A DNA stretch of 64,000 bases from Eledone cirrhosa (Eukaryota), in assembly GCA_964016885.1 (NCBI GenBank), contig OZ024764.1, positions 17,794,001 through 17,858,000 on the forward strand. The letters run 5' to 3'. Below the pieces are notes generated by a model. It saw only the letters and a list, made by a program, of their open reading frames with translations. It was not told the origin of the DNA and did no database searches. How positions within the stretch are numbered: position 1 is the stretch's first letter; each line of letters starts with the position of its first letter. Both the position numbers and the translations under genes were made by a program. Shown here piece after piece: positions 1 to 12,448 of this stretch.

Positions 1-419
1 AAACTTTTCAGCACTCCCTCATATGCGGTTGTTTTGTGTAAATTAGACATACAAGCGTGAAAACTAGGATATATTAAATATTAAATTAATACAAATTAAA
101 TATTAAATTAATACAAATATTAAATTAATACAAAAGTGTATAATTTTACCTTATATTTCAGATTTCGAGATTTCTCAATGGCGGCTCAGCCCCCGATATT
201 CCAGTTTCTACTGAAATTAAGAATTTAAAAATTTCTAGAAAATTAATTAAATAAAAAAAAATTATTTAATGAGAATTTAAATTGTATTAAAACTTTCTGG
301 AATGTTTTGTAGCTCTTATGAAACATTGCGAGAGTTTCCCGAATGGTTTCTACGGATCGCTAGGATAGTAGCCGATACCAGCCGATAACAGCATGATTTC
401 AGATGATATATATGAACCT

Positions 420-450
<31 letters not shown>

Positions 451-453
<3 letters not shown>

Positions 454-664
454 AAAAAGTATGACCCCGACGGCAGAGCTCAATCCGTTTCGACGGCTAT
501 TTCTGGACTAAATTAAAATTTTAATTTAGTCCAGAAATAGCCGTCGAAACGGCTTGAGCTCTGCCGTCAGGGTCAAACTTTTTGCTATTACCCACTCTAC
601 TACCCTAAGTATTGAGTACTTTGGTGCGTTATGGTCCACCTGGTTCCTTACCACATTTCCTTCG

Positions 665-665
<1 letters not shown>
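451..665 (+). mobile_element. Family A fold-back element (HHR 3' half + tail), flanked by (TA)n
   Basis: aggaaaaagtatgaccccgacggcagagctcaa...ctggacta is inverted against tagtccagaaatagccgtcGAAAcggcttgagctctgccgTCagggtc, followed by the tail ttacccactctac...ttccttcgt. The same sequence recurs more than 12 times in the window. Confidence 0.85.
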
Positions 666-725
<60 letters not shown>

Positions 726-737
726 TATATTTAATAT

Positions 738-898
738 AGAAATGGCTTCTACAGGACTAGAACTGTTTCATTCGGAAGATATATATAAAACAATAAAGAA
801 AGTGTGGTAAGATACCAGGTGGACCATAACACACCAGAGTACTCAATACTTAGGGAAACGGCCAGAGCTCAGCCGTCGGGGTACTGTCTCTATCCCTA
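738..898 (-). mobile_element. Adjacent fragments of family B (738-777) and family A (794-898)
   Basis: ttctacaggactagaactgtttcattc matches family B. gtggtaagataccaggtggaccataac...gtactcaatacttaggg followed by aaacggccagagctcagccgtcgggg matches family A. Confidence 0.7.
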
Positions 899-1162
899 TA
901 TACACACACACATATATATATATATATAACCAAAAGTTAAACAAGGTTCATTGATTAATCAATGAATATAGATTTATAATAGATTAGAAGCACTCAACAG
1001 TCAAGTTTTCTGGAGTTATATATATATATATATTTAATTTTCTGGAGTATGAACACATATATTATACGTTTATATACTTTCATGTGCACCTCTCACACAC
1101 ACACACACACACACACACACGTGTGTATGTGCGTGTCTGTGTGTTTGTGTGTATGTCTGTGC

Positions 1163-1196
<34 letters not shown>

Positions 1197-1229
1197 TTAT
1201 GTCTCTGTGTATGTTTGTGTGTGTGTGTC

Positions 1230-1268
<39 letters not shown>

Positions 1269-2019
1269 CTGTGTGTTTGTGTGTATGTCTGTGTGTGTGT
1301 GTGTGTGTGTATGTATGTGTGTGTGTGTGTGTGTCTGTGTGTGTTTGTAAACATATATATATATATATACATATATACGTGTAGGGGTCGTGTGAGAGAG
1401 TTGTAGGGTATATGGTGGGGGAGGGAATGGAATTCGAAGTGAAAGAAAAGAGGATTATACATTCTTTCGTTAATGGTATATTTATTCTATTTTATTTTAT
1501 TTCTTATATTTACCCATTCTGTAGGGTGGGGTGGGGTGGGGGGTGGTAGATGGTCAGACGACTGTCCGACTTGATGGCTACATGGTAGGGGGAGGGGGCG
1601 ACCGAGGGGACGAGAGAGAGGGAGAGAGGAGAGGGGAAGAGGGGGGAGAGAGAAGGGGAGGGAGAGAGAGAAAGAGAGAGAGTGTGAGAGAGATGGGGTG
1701 AGAGAGAGAGACGGGAGAAACGTTAGACGGGGGGTGGGCGAATGGGGGGGGGGGGGGGGGTGTAGTACATCGACGACAGAATGGCTGACCACTCGGGTCC
1801 ACATGAAAGGAGTAAGGAATCCAGTCTCGGACGTTGGTCAGACGAGACGAGACGAGACGAGACGAGACGACATTCCGGAAGAGTCCGTCAAATACCGGAA
1901 GACGAAGACACAAACAACAGCTTTAAAAACAACAATAAATATCTGATGATATATATATATATATTCACATAGATTTATATATATACACACCGCATATATA
2001 TATATATATATATACCGTA

Positions 2020-2051
<32 letters not shown>

Positions 2052-2062
2052 CATATATATAT

Positions 2063-2256
2063 AACGAAGGAATTGTGGTAAGGAACCAGGTAGATCATAA
2101 CCCACCAGAGTACTCAATACTTAGGGTAGTAGAGTGGGTAATAGGAGAAAGTATGACCCCGACGGCAGAGCTCAAGCCGTTTCGACGGCTATTTCTGAAC
2201 TAGTCCAGAAATAGCCGACGAAACGGCTTGAGCTCTGCCGTCGGGGTCATACTTTC

Positions 2257-2259
<3 letters not shown>
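2063..2259 (-). mobile_element. Family A fold-back element
   Basis: Long arm (tail) on the left, short inverted arm on the right, turn at ctgaactagtccag; (TA)n on both sides. Confidence 0.85.
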
Positions 2260-2291
<32 letters not shown>

Positions 2292-2581
2292 TGCATACAT
2301 ATATACATTTATATATATATCAATGTGTATATATATATACATATATATATATATATGTGTATGTGTGTGTGTCTGTCTGTGTGTACGTCAATACATTTAC
2401 AACCCCCTCCTCTCTCTCCAACACCCCTACACTACCTCCAATACCACAAACACCACACCCCACACCCCCAATATCACACAACTATCCGTCTTCCCTAAAT
2501 TCCCCTCCGGGGGTACATTTACATCGGTGACAGGTTGTATCAGAGTTATTTGAGCGATTCATCATAGAGGGGGGGGGGGCA

Positions 2582-3050
2582 TACCACCACCAACACCACC
2601 ATCACTACCACCACCGCCACCTGCACCACCACCATCACCAACACCACCACCACCACTACCACCACCACACCACTACCACCACACCACTACCACCACCAAC
2701 ACTACCACCACCAACACCACCACTACCACCACCAGCACCACTACCAACACCACCACCACCACCACCACACCACTACCACCACCAACAACACCACCACCAC
2801 TACCAACACCACTACCAGCACTACCACTACCACCACCACTACCACCACCACCACCACACCACTACCACCACCAACACTACCACCACCAACACCACCACTA
2901 CCACCACCAGCACCACTACCAACACCACCACCACCACCACCACACCACTACCACCACCAACAACACCACCACCACTACCAACACCACTACCAGCACTACC
3001 ACTACCACCACCACCAACCCCACCACTACCACCACCACCACCACAACCCA
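2582..3050. repeat. (CAC/CAA/CTA)n trinucleotide low-complexity tract
   Basis: Directly visible; includes an internal duplicated block. Confidence 0.9.
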
Positions 3051-3287
3051 GACTACTATATTATAAAGAGTCGGAACCCCAACGGATGAGCTGTTGCCGT
3101 TTCAACTGCTAGTACCAGACTATATATAGAGAGAAAGAGAGGGAGAGGGAGAGAAAGGGAGAGAGAAAGAGAGAGGGGTAGCAAAGAGAGGGGGAGAGAG
3201 GAACAGAGGGAGAGAGGGGGAGGGGGATATTACCAGACGCTAACGAGGCAAAAAAAAACACTAAGCTAAAAATTAAAGCTAAACCTG

Positions 3288-3840
3288 GTATGTGTGTGTA
3301 TACATATATATGTATATATATATGTATATATATGTATATATATATATGTATATATATGTATATATATATGTATATATATATGTATATATATGTATATATA
3401 TATATGTATATATATATGTATATATATGTATATATATATATATGTATATATATGTATATATATATGTATATATATATGTATATATATATGTATATATATG
3501 TATATATATATGTATGTATATGTATATATATGTATATATATATATATATGTATATATATGTATATATATGTATATATATATGTATATATATGTATATATA
3601 TGTATATATATATGTATATATATATGTATATATATGTATATATATGTATATATGTATATATGTATATATGTTTATATGTATGTATGTATAAATATGTGTA
3701 TGTGTATGTATGTATATATATATGTATGTGTATGTATATATATATGTATATATATGTATATATATGTATATATATATGTATATATATGTATATATATGTA
3801 TGTATATATATATGTATATATATGTGTATGTGTATGTATG

Positions 3841-3871
<31 letters not shown>

Positions 3872-4030
3872 GTCTATGTATGTATGTATGTATGTATGTA
3901 TCTGTGAATGTGCGTGTATATGTGTGTATGTGCGTGTATATGTATGTGTATGTATGTATATGCGTATGTATGTATGTGCGGCAGCGTGTGTATGTATATA
4001 TATATATATATATATATGTATATGTATGTG
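3288..4030. repeat. (TA)n/(TATG)n compound microsatellite
   Basis: Directly visible; the overlapping YI-rich ORFs are artefacts. Confidence 0.95.
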
Positions 4031-4059
4031 TGTGCTGTGTGTTTTATATGCGATATAAG

Positions 4060-4170
4060 GTGTCACCGCTAAAGGAGGAGTCACGTGACAGGAAGTGCGG
4101 CAGCGGTGAGTAGATCCGTGACAGGAAGTGGCTGGTTTGTTTTTGTGCGGCGGCGGGGTAGTCGCAGAGA
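4060..4170 (+). promoter_or_regulatory. Possible promoter/enhancer motif cluster (palindromic E-box + two ETS cores)
   Basis: gtcacgtgac at about 4080 is followed by caggaagtg, with a second gtgacaggaagtg downstream. The patch is GC/CpG-rich and contains a ggtgagt splice-donor-like site. Confidence 0.3.
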
Positions 4171-4361
4171 GGGGGTGGGGAGGTGATATTTAACGTGTTG
4201 TTAGTCTCAGAACAAACACGAGTACCAAGCTTGCTTGACAGAGAGAAGGACTGTTTGGTAAACAGGCTGATAAAACTAATTTAAGTAATTAGCTAATTGC
4301 TATACGTAATGTGTGTGTGTATATATATATATATACATGTGTGTGTGTGTGTGTGTGTGTT

Positions 4362-4399
<38 letters not shown>

Positions 4400-4400
4400 A

Positions 4401-4790
4401 GGCAGGTAAAATTCCAGAGATCCATGGACGAGTTCTCTCCAGCGGTCTCTGTCCCTCATTATCGCTGCCATGTCCTGCCTCTCCAAGAGACCCGTGTCTG
4501 TCTTTAGGGCATCAACATACGTCAACCTCGGTCTCCCTCATCCAGTGTGTCCATGCAGGGGCTCCCACAAGACCACTGAGTGCAGTGTCAACTCTGGATG
4601 TCGGTGAGCATGTCCAACTAACCCCAGTCTCCCTCTTCGAGTGTGTCCATGCAGGGGCTCCCACAGGAGCAATGAGTGCAGTGTCAACTCTGGATGTCGG
4701 TGAGCATGTCCAGCTAACCTCAGTCTCCTCTGTGTCACTCTCGAGCTGACTTCTGGGAGGCTCCCGTACAGCTCCGAGTTCTTCATCCTC
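4401..4790 (-). mobile_element. RTE-like LINE 3' fragment with an internal tandem duplication
   Basis: Translates RRLRLAGHAHRHPELTLHSLLLWEPLHGHTRRGR twice, then RPRLTYVDAL; homologous to 57553-57715 and 61496-61735. Confidence 0.75.
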
Positions 4791-5051
4791 AGTGTATACT
4801 GATTAATGTATATAAAGTATATAAACTATATAAACTATATAAGCTATATAAAGTATATAAACTATATAAGCTATATAAAGTATATAAAGTATATAAAATA
4901 TAACCGGTTTCGATGTATTAGTAAAATTCATCTTATCACATGTTGAATATTACAATTTAAAAGAATTAATAGGAATTAAAAACTAAAAATTAAAGATTTT
5001 TTAAAATTAAGAGGTAAGTTTTTTCCTCTTCCTTGCTGAGAAGGACATTGG

Positions 5052-5109
<58 letters not shown>

Positions 5110-7185
5110 GAATATTTATGCTGTATACACATATTAGAGTAATGAGTGTTATGCCATACAGGCTTATGCGCATGCGTGTACACATATCTGCGTGAAGAAG
5201 CCATATAAACACACACACTTACACACATTAGTGTGTAAGTGTGCGTGTATATGTGAGTGTATGTGTGAGTGTGTATGTATGTATATGTCTGTGTATGTGT
5301 GTATGTGTGTGTGTGTGTATGTGTGTGTATGTATGTGTGTGTATGTGTATATGTGTGTTTGTGTGTGTATGTATGTGTGTGTGTATGTATGTGTGTGTAT
5401 GTGTGTGTTTATGTGTGTGTGTGTATGTGTGTGTGTTTATGTGTGTGTTTATGTGTGTGTGTGTATGTGTGTATATGTGAGTGTATGTGTGAGTGTGTAT
5501 GTATGTATGTGTGTGTGTGTGTATGTGTGTGTGTATGTGTGTGTGTTTGTGTGCATGTGTTTGTGTATGTATGTATGTGTGTGTGTGTATGTATGTGTGT
5601 GTGTGTTTATGTGTGTGTGTGTGTATGTATATGTGTGTGTGTATGTGTGTGTGTGTATGTGTATGTGTGTTTATGACGTCTCCACGCCTCATTAAATTCT
5701 TTCATTTACGGAAGTTGACAACACGAACGGCGTTCGGATCTCTCCCCCGCCGCCACCGAGCCCTACACTAATCCTAACATCACTAACAACAACCACAACC
5801 ATCACCAAACCTACTACTATCGCCACCAACACCACCAACACTACCACCAACACTACCAACACCATCACCACTACCATCACCAACACTACCACCACCAACA
5901 CTACCACCATACCATCACCAACACCACCAACACTACTACCATACCATCACCAACACCACCAACACCAACACCATCACCACTACCATCACCACTACCAACA
6001 ACCACCACAACAACAACCACATCAAAACCTACATTACTACCATCGTCACCACCACCACTACCACTGACACCACCACCACCACCACCACCACTGACACCAC
6101 CACCACCACCACTACCACTGACACCACCACCACCACCACCACTGACACCACCACCACCACTGAAACCACCACCACCACCACTACCACTGACACCACCACC
6201 ACCACCACCACTGAAACCACCACCACCACCACTACCACTGACACCACCACCACCACCACCACTACCACTGACACCACCACCACCACCACCACTGACACCA
6301 CCACCACCACCACTACCACTGACACCACCACCACCACTACCACTGACACCACCACCACCACCACCACTACCACTGACACCACCACCACCACTGACACCAC
6401 CACCACCACCACTGACACCACCACTGACCCCCCCCCCCCCCCCCCCCCCACTGACCCCCCCACCACTGATACCGCAACCACCACCAGTGACACCACCACC
6501 ACCACAACCACCACAACCACCACCGCTGCCCCCCCCCCCCCCCCCACCAGTCTAATAGAGAAAGGCGTGGCTGATGTTCGAGACTTCAGAAAGGGGTGGT
6601 GGTGGGGATGGTGTTCATATAATTAATTACTCAAACAGAGGGTTAGGTGGGGGTGGGGACGAGAAAGAGGGGGTGTCTGTGGTGGTGGTGGTGGCGGCGG
6701 TGTATGTGTTGTAGGCCATGTTGTTATTGGTGGTGGTGGTGTAGTGTGGTTTGTTTGTGGTAGTGTAATGTGGTGGTGGTGGTGTAGTGTGGTTTGTTTG
6801 TGGTAGTGTAATGTGGTGGTGGTGGTGTAGTGTGGTGATGGCGGTGGTGTAGTGAGATGTAGTGTGGTGGTGGTGGTGGTGTATGTGTTGTAGGCCATGT
6901 TGCTATTGGTGGTGGCTGTGGTGTAGTGTGGTTTGTTTGTGGTAGTGTAATGTGGTGGTGGTGGTGTAGTGTGGTTTGTTTGTGGTAGTGTAATGTGGTG
7001 GTGGTGTAGTGTGGTTTGTTTGTGGTAGTGTAATGTGATGGCGCTGGTGTAGTGAGATGTAGTGTGGTGGTGGTGGTGGTGGTGTATGTGTTGTAGGCCA
7101 TGTTGCTATTGGTGGTGGCTGTAGTGTAGTGTGGTTTGTTTGTGGTAGTATAGTTGATTGTTTTGGTGGTGGTGTTGGTGGCAGT

Positions 7186-7615
7186 ATGGAGATCAAAGTT
7201 CACTGGTTCTCTCTTAACATGGCTGCGACTGTGGCTCCTGAGACCAGATTTGCTCAAGCAAATCTTTCCACACTCCGGGAACACCAATTCAATGGAGACA
7301 CCGATAGTTTGGAGAGATACACCAGGGCATTGCTTACGCACATCCCGTTTGATCTTCTCCTGCTCTATGCATCTGTCCTCAACATTATGGACGCCATCAT
7401 TCACCATTCCACGCCAAGTTTCTCTGTCAAGAGCTTCTATCTCCCAGTCAGCCATCATCAAACCAGTTGTTTTCAATGAGTCTTTTACACAATCTTTAAA
7501 TCGAAGTTTTGGTTTGTGTGGAGGTCTCTTACCTTTACAAAGCTCGCCATACAAGAGTTGATTGGGGATTCGATCATCCTCCATTCGGCAGAGGTGTCCG
7601 GTCAATCGCAAACGT
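7186..7615 (-). mobile_element. RTE-like LINE ORF2 C-terminal fragment with C2H2-like finger
   Basis: RLTGHLCRMEDDRIPNQLLYGELCKGKRPPHKPKLRFKDCVKDSLK...WEIEALDRETWR...ECGKICLSKSGLRSHSRSH is a typical RTE-clade C-terminus. Confidence 0.8.
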
Positions 7616-7624
7616 TATTGGTGG

Positions 7625-7688
<64 letters not shown>

Positions 7689-7751
7689 AAAAAGTATGAC
7701 CCGACGGCAGAGCTCAAGCTTTCTTTGCTTAAACTTTAATCTGTTATTTTA

Positions 7752-7789
<38 letters not shown>

Positions 7790-7869
7790 CCATATATATA
7801 TATATATATATATAGCCATTATATATATATATATATATATATATAACCATATATATATATATATATATA

Positions 7870-7904
<35 letters not shown>

Positions 7905-7925
7905 CCATATATATATATATATATA

Positions 7926-8113
7926 AATAACTGTTTCTACTTTTGGCACAGGGCCACCAATTATCCCAGTGTATTACTGGTACTTTATTTTATCGACCCC
8001 CGTAAGGATGAAAGGCAAAGTTAACCTCGGCGGGATTTGAACTCAAACCATAAAGGGCCGCAACTCTTCGCTGCAAAGCATGGCGTCCGACCCTCTACCG
8101 ATACTGCCAATCC
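7926..8113 (-). mobile_element. tRNA-derived SINE, full length
   Basis: Reverse complement has an A-box-like tggcagtatcggtagag, a B-box gagttcaaatcc, and the conserved core gcctttcatccttacggggtcgataaaataaagtaccag. Confidence 0.85.
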
Positions 8114-8114
8114 G

Positions 8115-8229
8115 ACGTTTGCGATTGAGCGGACACCTCTGCCGAATGGACGATGATCGGATCCCCAAACAACTCTTGTATGGCGAGCTTTGTAAAGGCA
8201 AGAGACCTCCTCACAAACCAAAACCCCGA
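8115..8229 (+). mobile_element. RTE-like LINE fragment, inverted copy of 7501-7615
   Basis: RLRLSGHLCRMDDDRIPKQLLYGELCKGKRPPHKPKP. Confidence 0.8.
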
Positions 8230-8365
8230 TTCGGATCTAGCTGTCGAAACGGCCAGAGCTCAGCCGTCGGGGTCCCGACTCTTTTCCTATATATATATAT
8301 ACATATATATATACATATACATACATAACTACATAAATGGAGAAAGCTATTAGCGATACTCCGAC

Positions 8366-9145
8366 CTATATATACAAGTGGAAGCTTAGATATATATATA
8401 TGGATGTATGTATGTATATATATATATATACACATACATCCATATATACAAGTGGAAGCTTAGATATATATATATGGATGTATGTATGTATGTATATACA
8501 CATACATCCATATATACAAGTGGAAGCTTAGATATATATATATGGATGTATGTATGTATATATATATATATACATACATCCATATATACAAGTGGAAGCT
8601 TAGATATATATATGGATGTATGTATGTATATATATATATATTACATACATCCATATATACAAGTGGAAGCTTAGATATATATATGTATGTATGTATATTA
8701 TATATATATATACATACATCCATATATACAAGTGGAAGCTTAGATATATATATGGATGTATGTATGTATGTATATATATATATATACATACATCCATATA
8801 TACAAGTGGAAGCTTAGATATATATATATGGATGTATGTATGTATATATATATATATATACATACATCCATATATACAAGTGGAAGCTTAGATATATATA
8901 TGGATGTATGTATGTATATATATATATACATACATCCATATATACAAGTGGAAGCTTAGATATATATATGGATGTATGTATGTATGTATATATATACATA
9001 CATCAATATATACAAGTGGAAGCTTAGATATATATATGGATGTATGTATGTATATGTATATATATACATACATCCATATATACAAGTGGAAGCTTAGATA
9101 TATATATGGATGTATGTATGTATGTATATATATATATATATATAC
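8366..9145. repeat. Minisatellite, ~70-bp unit x11
   Basis: Constant tatacaagtggaagcttaga plus an internal tggatgtatg...catacatcca inverted repeat with variable TA runs. Confidence 0.9.
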
Positions 9146-10049
9146 ACATATGTCGTCACAATTATACAGACAGCCAAGCAACCAACCAAAACTCAATCGA
9201 CCGTCACCACCACCAACACCACCACCACCAACCTACGCCCCCTAGTCCCTCACCCCACCCTAGTCCCCTAGTCCCCCCACCCAACACATCATTATTACAT
9301 GATTTCTATGCGTGATAAAGAGTCATTCCCAAAACGATCTCATCATTATACGTTAGTATCAGACTGGCGCGGTGTCGTGGACCGGCGGAGCGGAGTGGTG
9401 TGGTGGTGGTGGTGGTGGTGGTGTTGATAGTGGTGGTGTTGATAGTGGTGGTGATGGCATCTGCTTTGTGATGTTGGTGGTGGTGTTGTTGGTGTTGGTG
9501 GTGGTGGTGGTGGTGGTGTGGTGGTGATGGCATCGGATTTGTGATGTTGGTGGTGGTGGTGTTGGTGGTGGTGGTGTTGGTGGTGGTGGTGTTGGTGGTG
9601 TTGGTGGTGGTGGTGGTGGTGGTGTGGTGGTGATGGCATCGGCTTTGTGATGTTGGTGGTGTTGGTGGTGGTGGTGGTGGTGTTGGTGGGGGTGGTGGTG
9701 GTGGTGTTGGTGGTGGTGGTGGTGGTGGTGTTGGTTTCGACATAATAATGTGGGTGGTGATGGTGGCAACCTGGTGATGGTAGTGGTGGTGGAGGTGTTG
9801 ATGGTGGTGGCCTGGTTGAGGTTGATGGTGGTGGTGGTGGTGGTTGTGGTGGTGATGATGGTGATGGTGGCGGCGGCGGCATGCCGGCCAGGGGTCGTGG
9901 AGATTAGCTTTCGTGACATGATGAACGGGGGTGACGAAGCTAGCGTTCGTGGCATGGTTGGGGAGGCGGCCCCGCGTGGCGGAGGGTCATGACGAAGGTG
10001 ACACGGTAGTAATGATATAATGATTATTCGATTAGTGGCGGGTGGTGGT

Positions 10050-10445
10050 GGCGGGGCGGGGGCTGATTTGAGAGGGTGGTGTGGGGGCGGGGTGGGGGTT
10101 GATTTGAGAGGGTGGTGGTGTCGGGGTGGGGGCTGATTTGAGAGGGTGGTGTGGGGCGGGGTGGGGGCGGGGTGGGGGCTGATTTGAGAGGGTGGTGGTG
10201 GCGGGGTGGGGGCTGATTTGAGAGGGTGGTGGTGGCGGGGTGGGGGCTGATTTGAGAGGGTGGTGGTTGCGGGGTGGGGGCTGATTTGAGAGGGTGGTGG
10301 TGGCGGGGTGGGGGCTGATTTGAGAGGGTGGTGGTGGCGGGGTGGGGGTTGATTTGAGAGGGTGGTGGTGTCGGGGTGGGGGTTGATTTGAGAGGGTGGC
10401 GGTGGCGGGGTGGCGGTTGATTTGAGAGGGTGGTGGTGGCGGGGT
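10050..10445. repeat. G-rich minisatellite, 34-bp unit x~11
   Basis: ggggtgggggctgatttgagagggtggtggtggc repeated. Confidence 0.9.
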
Positions 10446-10539
10446 GGAGTGGTTGGGGGTGTCGGTGGTTTGTGTAGTGAAGGAGCGGTGTTGGTGGTGG
10501 TGGTGTTATTCTTTCTCAATAATAAGATGTGCGTGCCTG

Positions 10540-10624
<85 letters not shown>

Positions 10625-10638
10625 CGCATTCTGGTGTG

Positions 10639-10670
<32 letters not shown>

Positions 10671-10754
10671 TGTGTATATATGTGTGTATGTGTGTGTTTG
10701 TGCGTATATATACATATATACACATATGTGTGTGTGTGTTTGTATGTATATATA

Positions 10755-10803
<49 letters not shown>

Positions 10804-10807
<4 letters not shown>

Positions 10808-11217
10808 CAAGAAAGAAGAGTGACATGGTTTGCTGTACAATAAGGGCTTTATTCACATTGCTGACAATTGTTTCCTTGATCTGCTAGGTCTAGAGTTCGC
10901 TACTCGCTTGATTTTGATTGGCGATCGATTGACGCAAAACCAGGCGAGTAGCGAACTCTAGACCTAGCAGTTCAAGGAAACAATTGTCAGCAATGTGAAT
11001 AAAGCCCTCATTGTACAGCAAACCATGTCACTCTTCTTTCTTGAATTATTATTACTCTAAGTATAAACTACATAGAAATCACCGCGAACTCGCAGCATCA
11101 CTATGGAAACGTCTTGTTGGGTCAAACTAAGCCACACGTTAATACCATCCACTACACGGAGTACCCTACCTGGACTACATCTAAGTGGAGTGCCTATAAC
11201 GATAACCTGTTATCCTG
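10804..11217 (+). mobile_element. Family H fold-back element (~245-bp palindrome + tail)
   Basis: 10804-10912 is inverted against about 10936-11047 and contains the HHR 3' half GAAAcaattgTC. The tail ends gataacctgttatcctg before TA repeats; a tail fragment also occurs at about 58015. Confidence 0.75.
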
Positions 11218-11258
<41 letters not shown>

Positions 11259-11261
<3 letters not shown>

Positions 11262-11455
11262 AACGAGTAGGACCCCGACGGCTGAGCTCAAGCCGTTTCG
11301 ACGGCTAATTCTGGCGTCCAGAATTAGCCGTCGAAACGGCTTGAGCTCAGCCGTCGGAGTCCTACTCGTTCGTTCCTATTACCCACTCTACTACCCTAAG
11401 TATTGAGTACTTTGGGGCGTTATGGTCCATCTGGTTCCGTACCACATTTCCTTCG

Positions 11456-11456
<1 letters not shown>
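11259..11456 (+). mobile_element. Family A fold-back element
   Basis: Turn at ctggcgtccag; (TA)n on both sides. Confidence 0.85.
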
Positions 11457-11505
<49 letters not shown>

Positions 11506-11534
11506 GTGGTTACACAACAGTTAGTTCACCATAC

Positions 11535-11572
11535 CGAGAACAATTGTTTCACCTTAACGGATCCTCAGCTCG
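11535..11572 (-). ncRNA. Minimal type-I hammerhead ribozyme candidate
   Basis: Reverse complement: cgag CTGAGGA tccgttaaggt GAAA caattg TT ctcg. Stem I is cgag/ctcg, stem III loop is palindromic, stem II is weak. Confidence 0.6.
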
Positions 11573-11606
11573 TAAGGAGAAACAATTGTCCTACCATTAT
11601 ATATAT

Positions 11607-11697
11607 TAACTTTGCCTTTCATCCATATGGGGTCGATAAAATAAAGTACCAGTAATGTTCTGGTGAATTGCTGGCCTTGTGCCAAAAGTAGAAACAA
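11607..11697 (+). mobile_element. SINE 3' half
   Basis: ttaactttgcctttcatcc...gtcgataaaataaagtaccag...gccaaaagtagaaac. Confidence 0.8.
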
Positions 11698-11797
11698 GTA
11701 TATATATATATAGTTGTGTATAATGGGAGCTATGATGCTTCCATAGGCGGTATGCCAAAATTAGCACTCGATATTCATCAGAGTAGAGTGTAGATAT

Positions 11798-12046
11798 TAT
11801 AAAGAAAACGAAAAATCAGTGATGCATCTGGACTTAGTTTATTTCGTGTTACAAATGTTTCGCCGGCATGTAGCTCGAGCTTTATCACTGGTAGTGATAA
11901 AATTTGCTCCGGACATAACACCCGTGTCTGAAAGAACCCGCAGAGGTAGAATCAGCCAAAGGACCATGACTCGAGCTACATGCCGGCGAAACATTTGTAA
12001 CACGAAATAAACTAAGTCCAGATGCATCACTGATTTTTCGTTTTCT

Positions 12047-12051
<5 letters not shown>
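11798..12051 (+). mobile_element. Family I fold-back element with HHR-like motif (11923-12004)
   Basis: ~80-bp inverted arms. cgtgt CTGAAAGA...GAAA catttg TA acacg gives stem I cgtgt/acacg with one extra core nucleotide. A related fragment lies at about 63350-63402. Confidence 0.7.
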
Positions 12052-12087
<36 letters not shown>

Positions 12088-12448
12088 ATAATAATAAATT
12101 TGAAGACTAAAATCCAAAGAGGGCTCGATAAGGATAAATATATATCAAATATATAAGAACCGTAGAGCAAATATTTATATATATTAACTGAATTACCCGG
12201 TGTTTTCCGGGTTACTGTTGTTCTTATTCAGATTAGTAAACAATAAATATGAAAATATATTTTTTTCTCTCCTAATTATTTCAAAATATCTATATTTTAT
12301 TTTAAAAATACGAAAATTGTAATGATAATAGAATTTAGTAGAATTTAGAAATGAAAATCTCGGAATGTTGAAGCCTCTTAGGGAAAACAATATTCATTGT
12401 GTAATTTTTTGTTGGTGTCAAAATGAATAAATTGTTGAATATGTGAGT

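Noticed and set aside
451-665. Family A/B palindromes as Tc1/mariner MITEs with TA target duplications
   Set aside because: The arms are asymmetric, turn points vary per copy, and the longest copies contain hammerhead cores, which fits PLE-like retroelements better. A MITE origin is not fully excluded.
8366-9145. Repeat-spacer appearance (also 60250-60845) resembling a CRISPR array
   Set aside because: The 'spacers' are only variable TA microsatellite.
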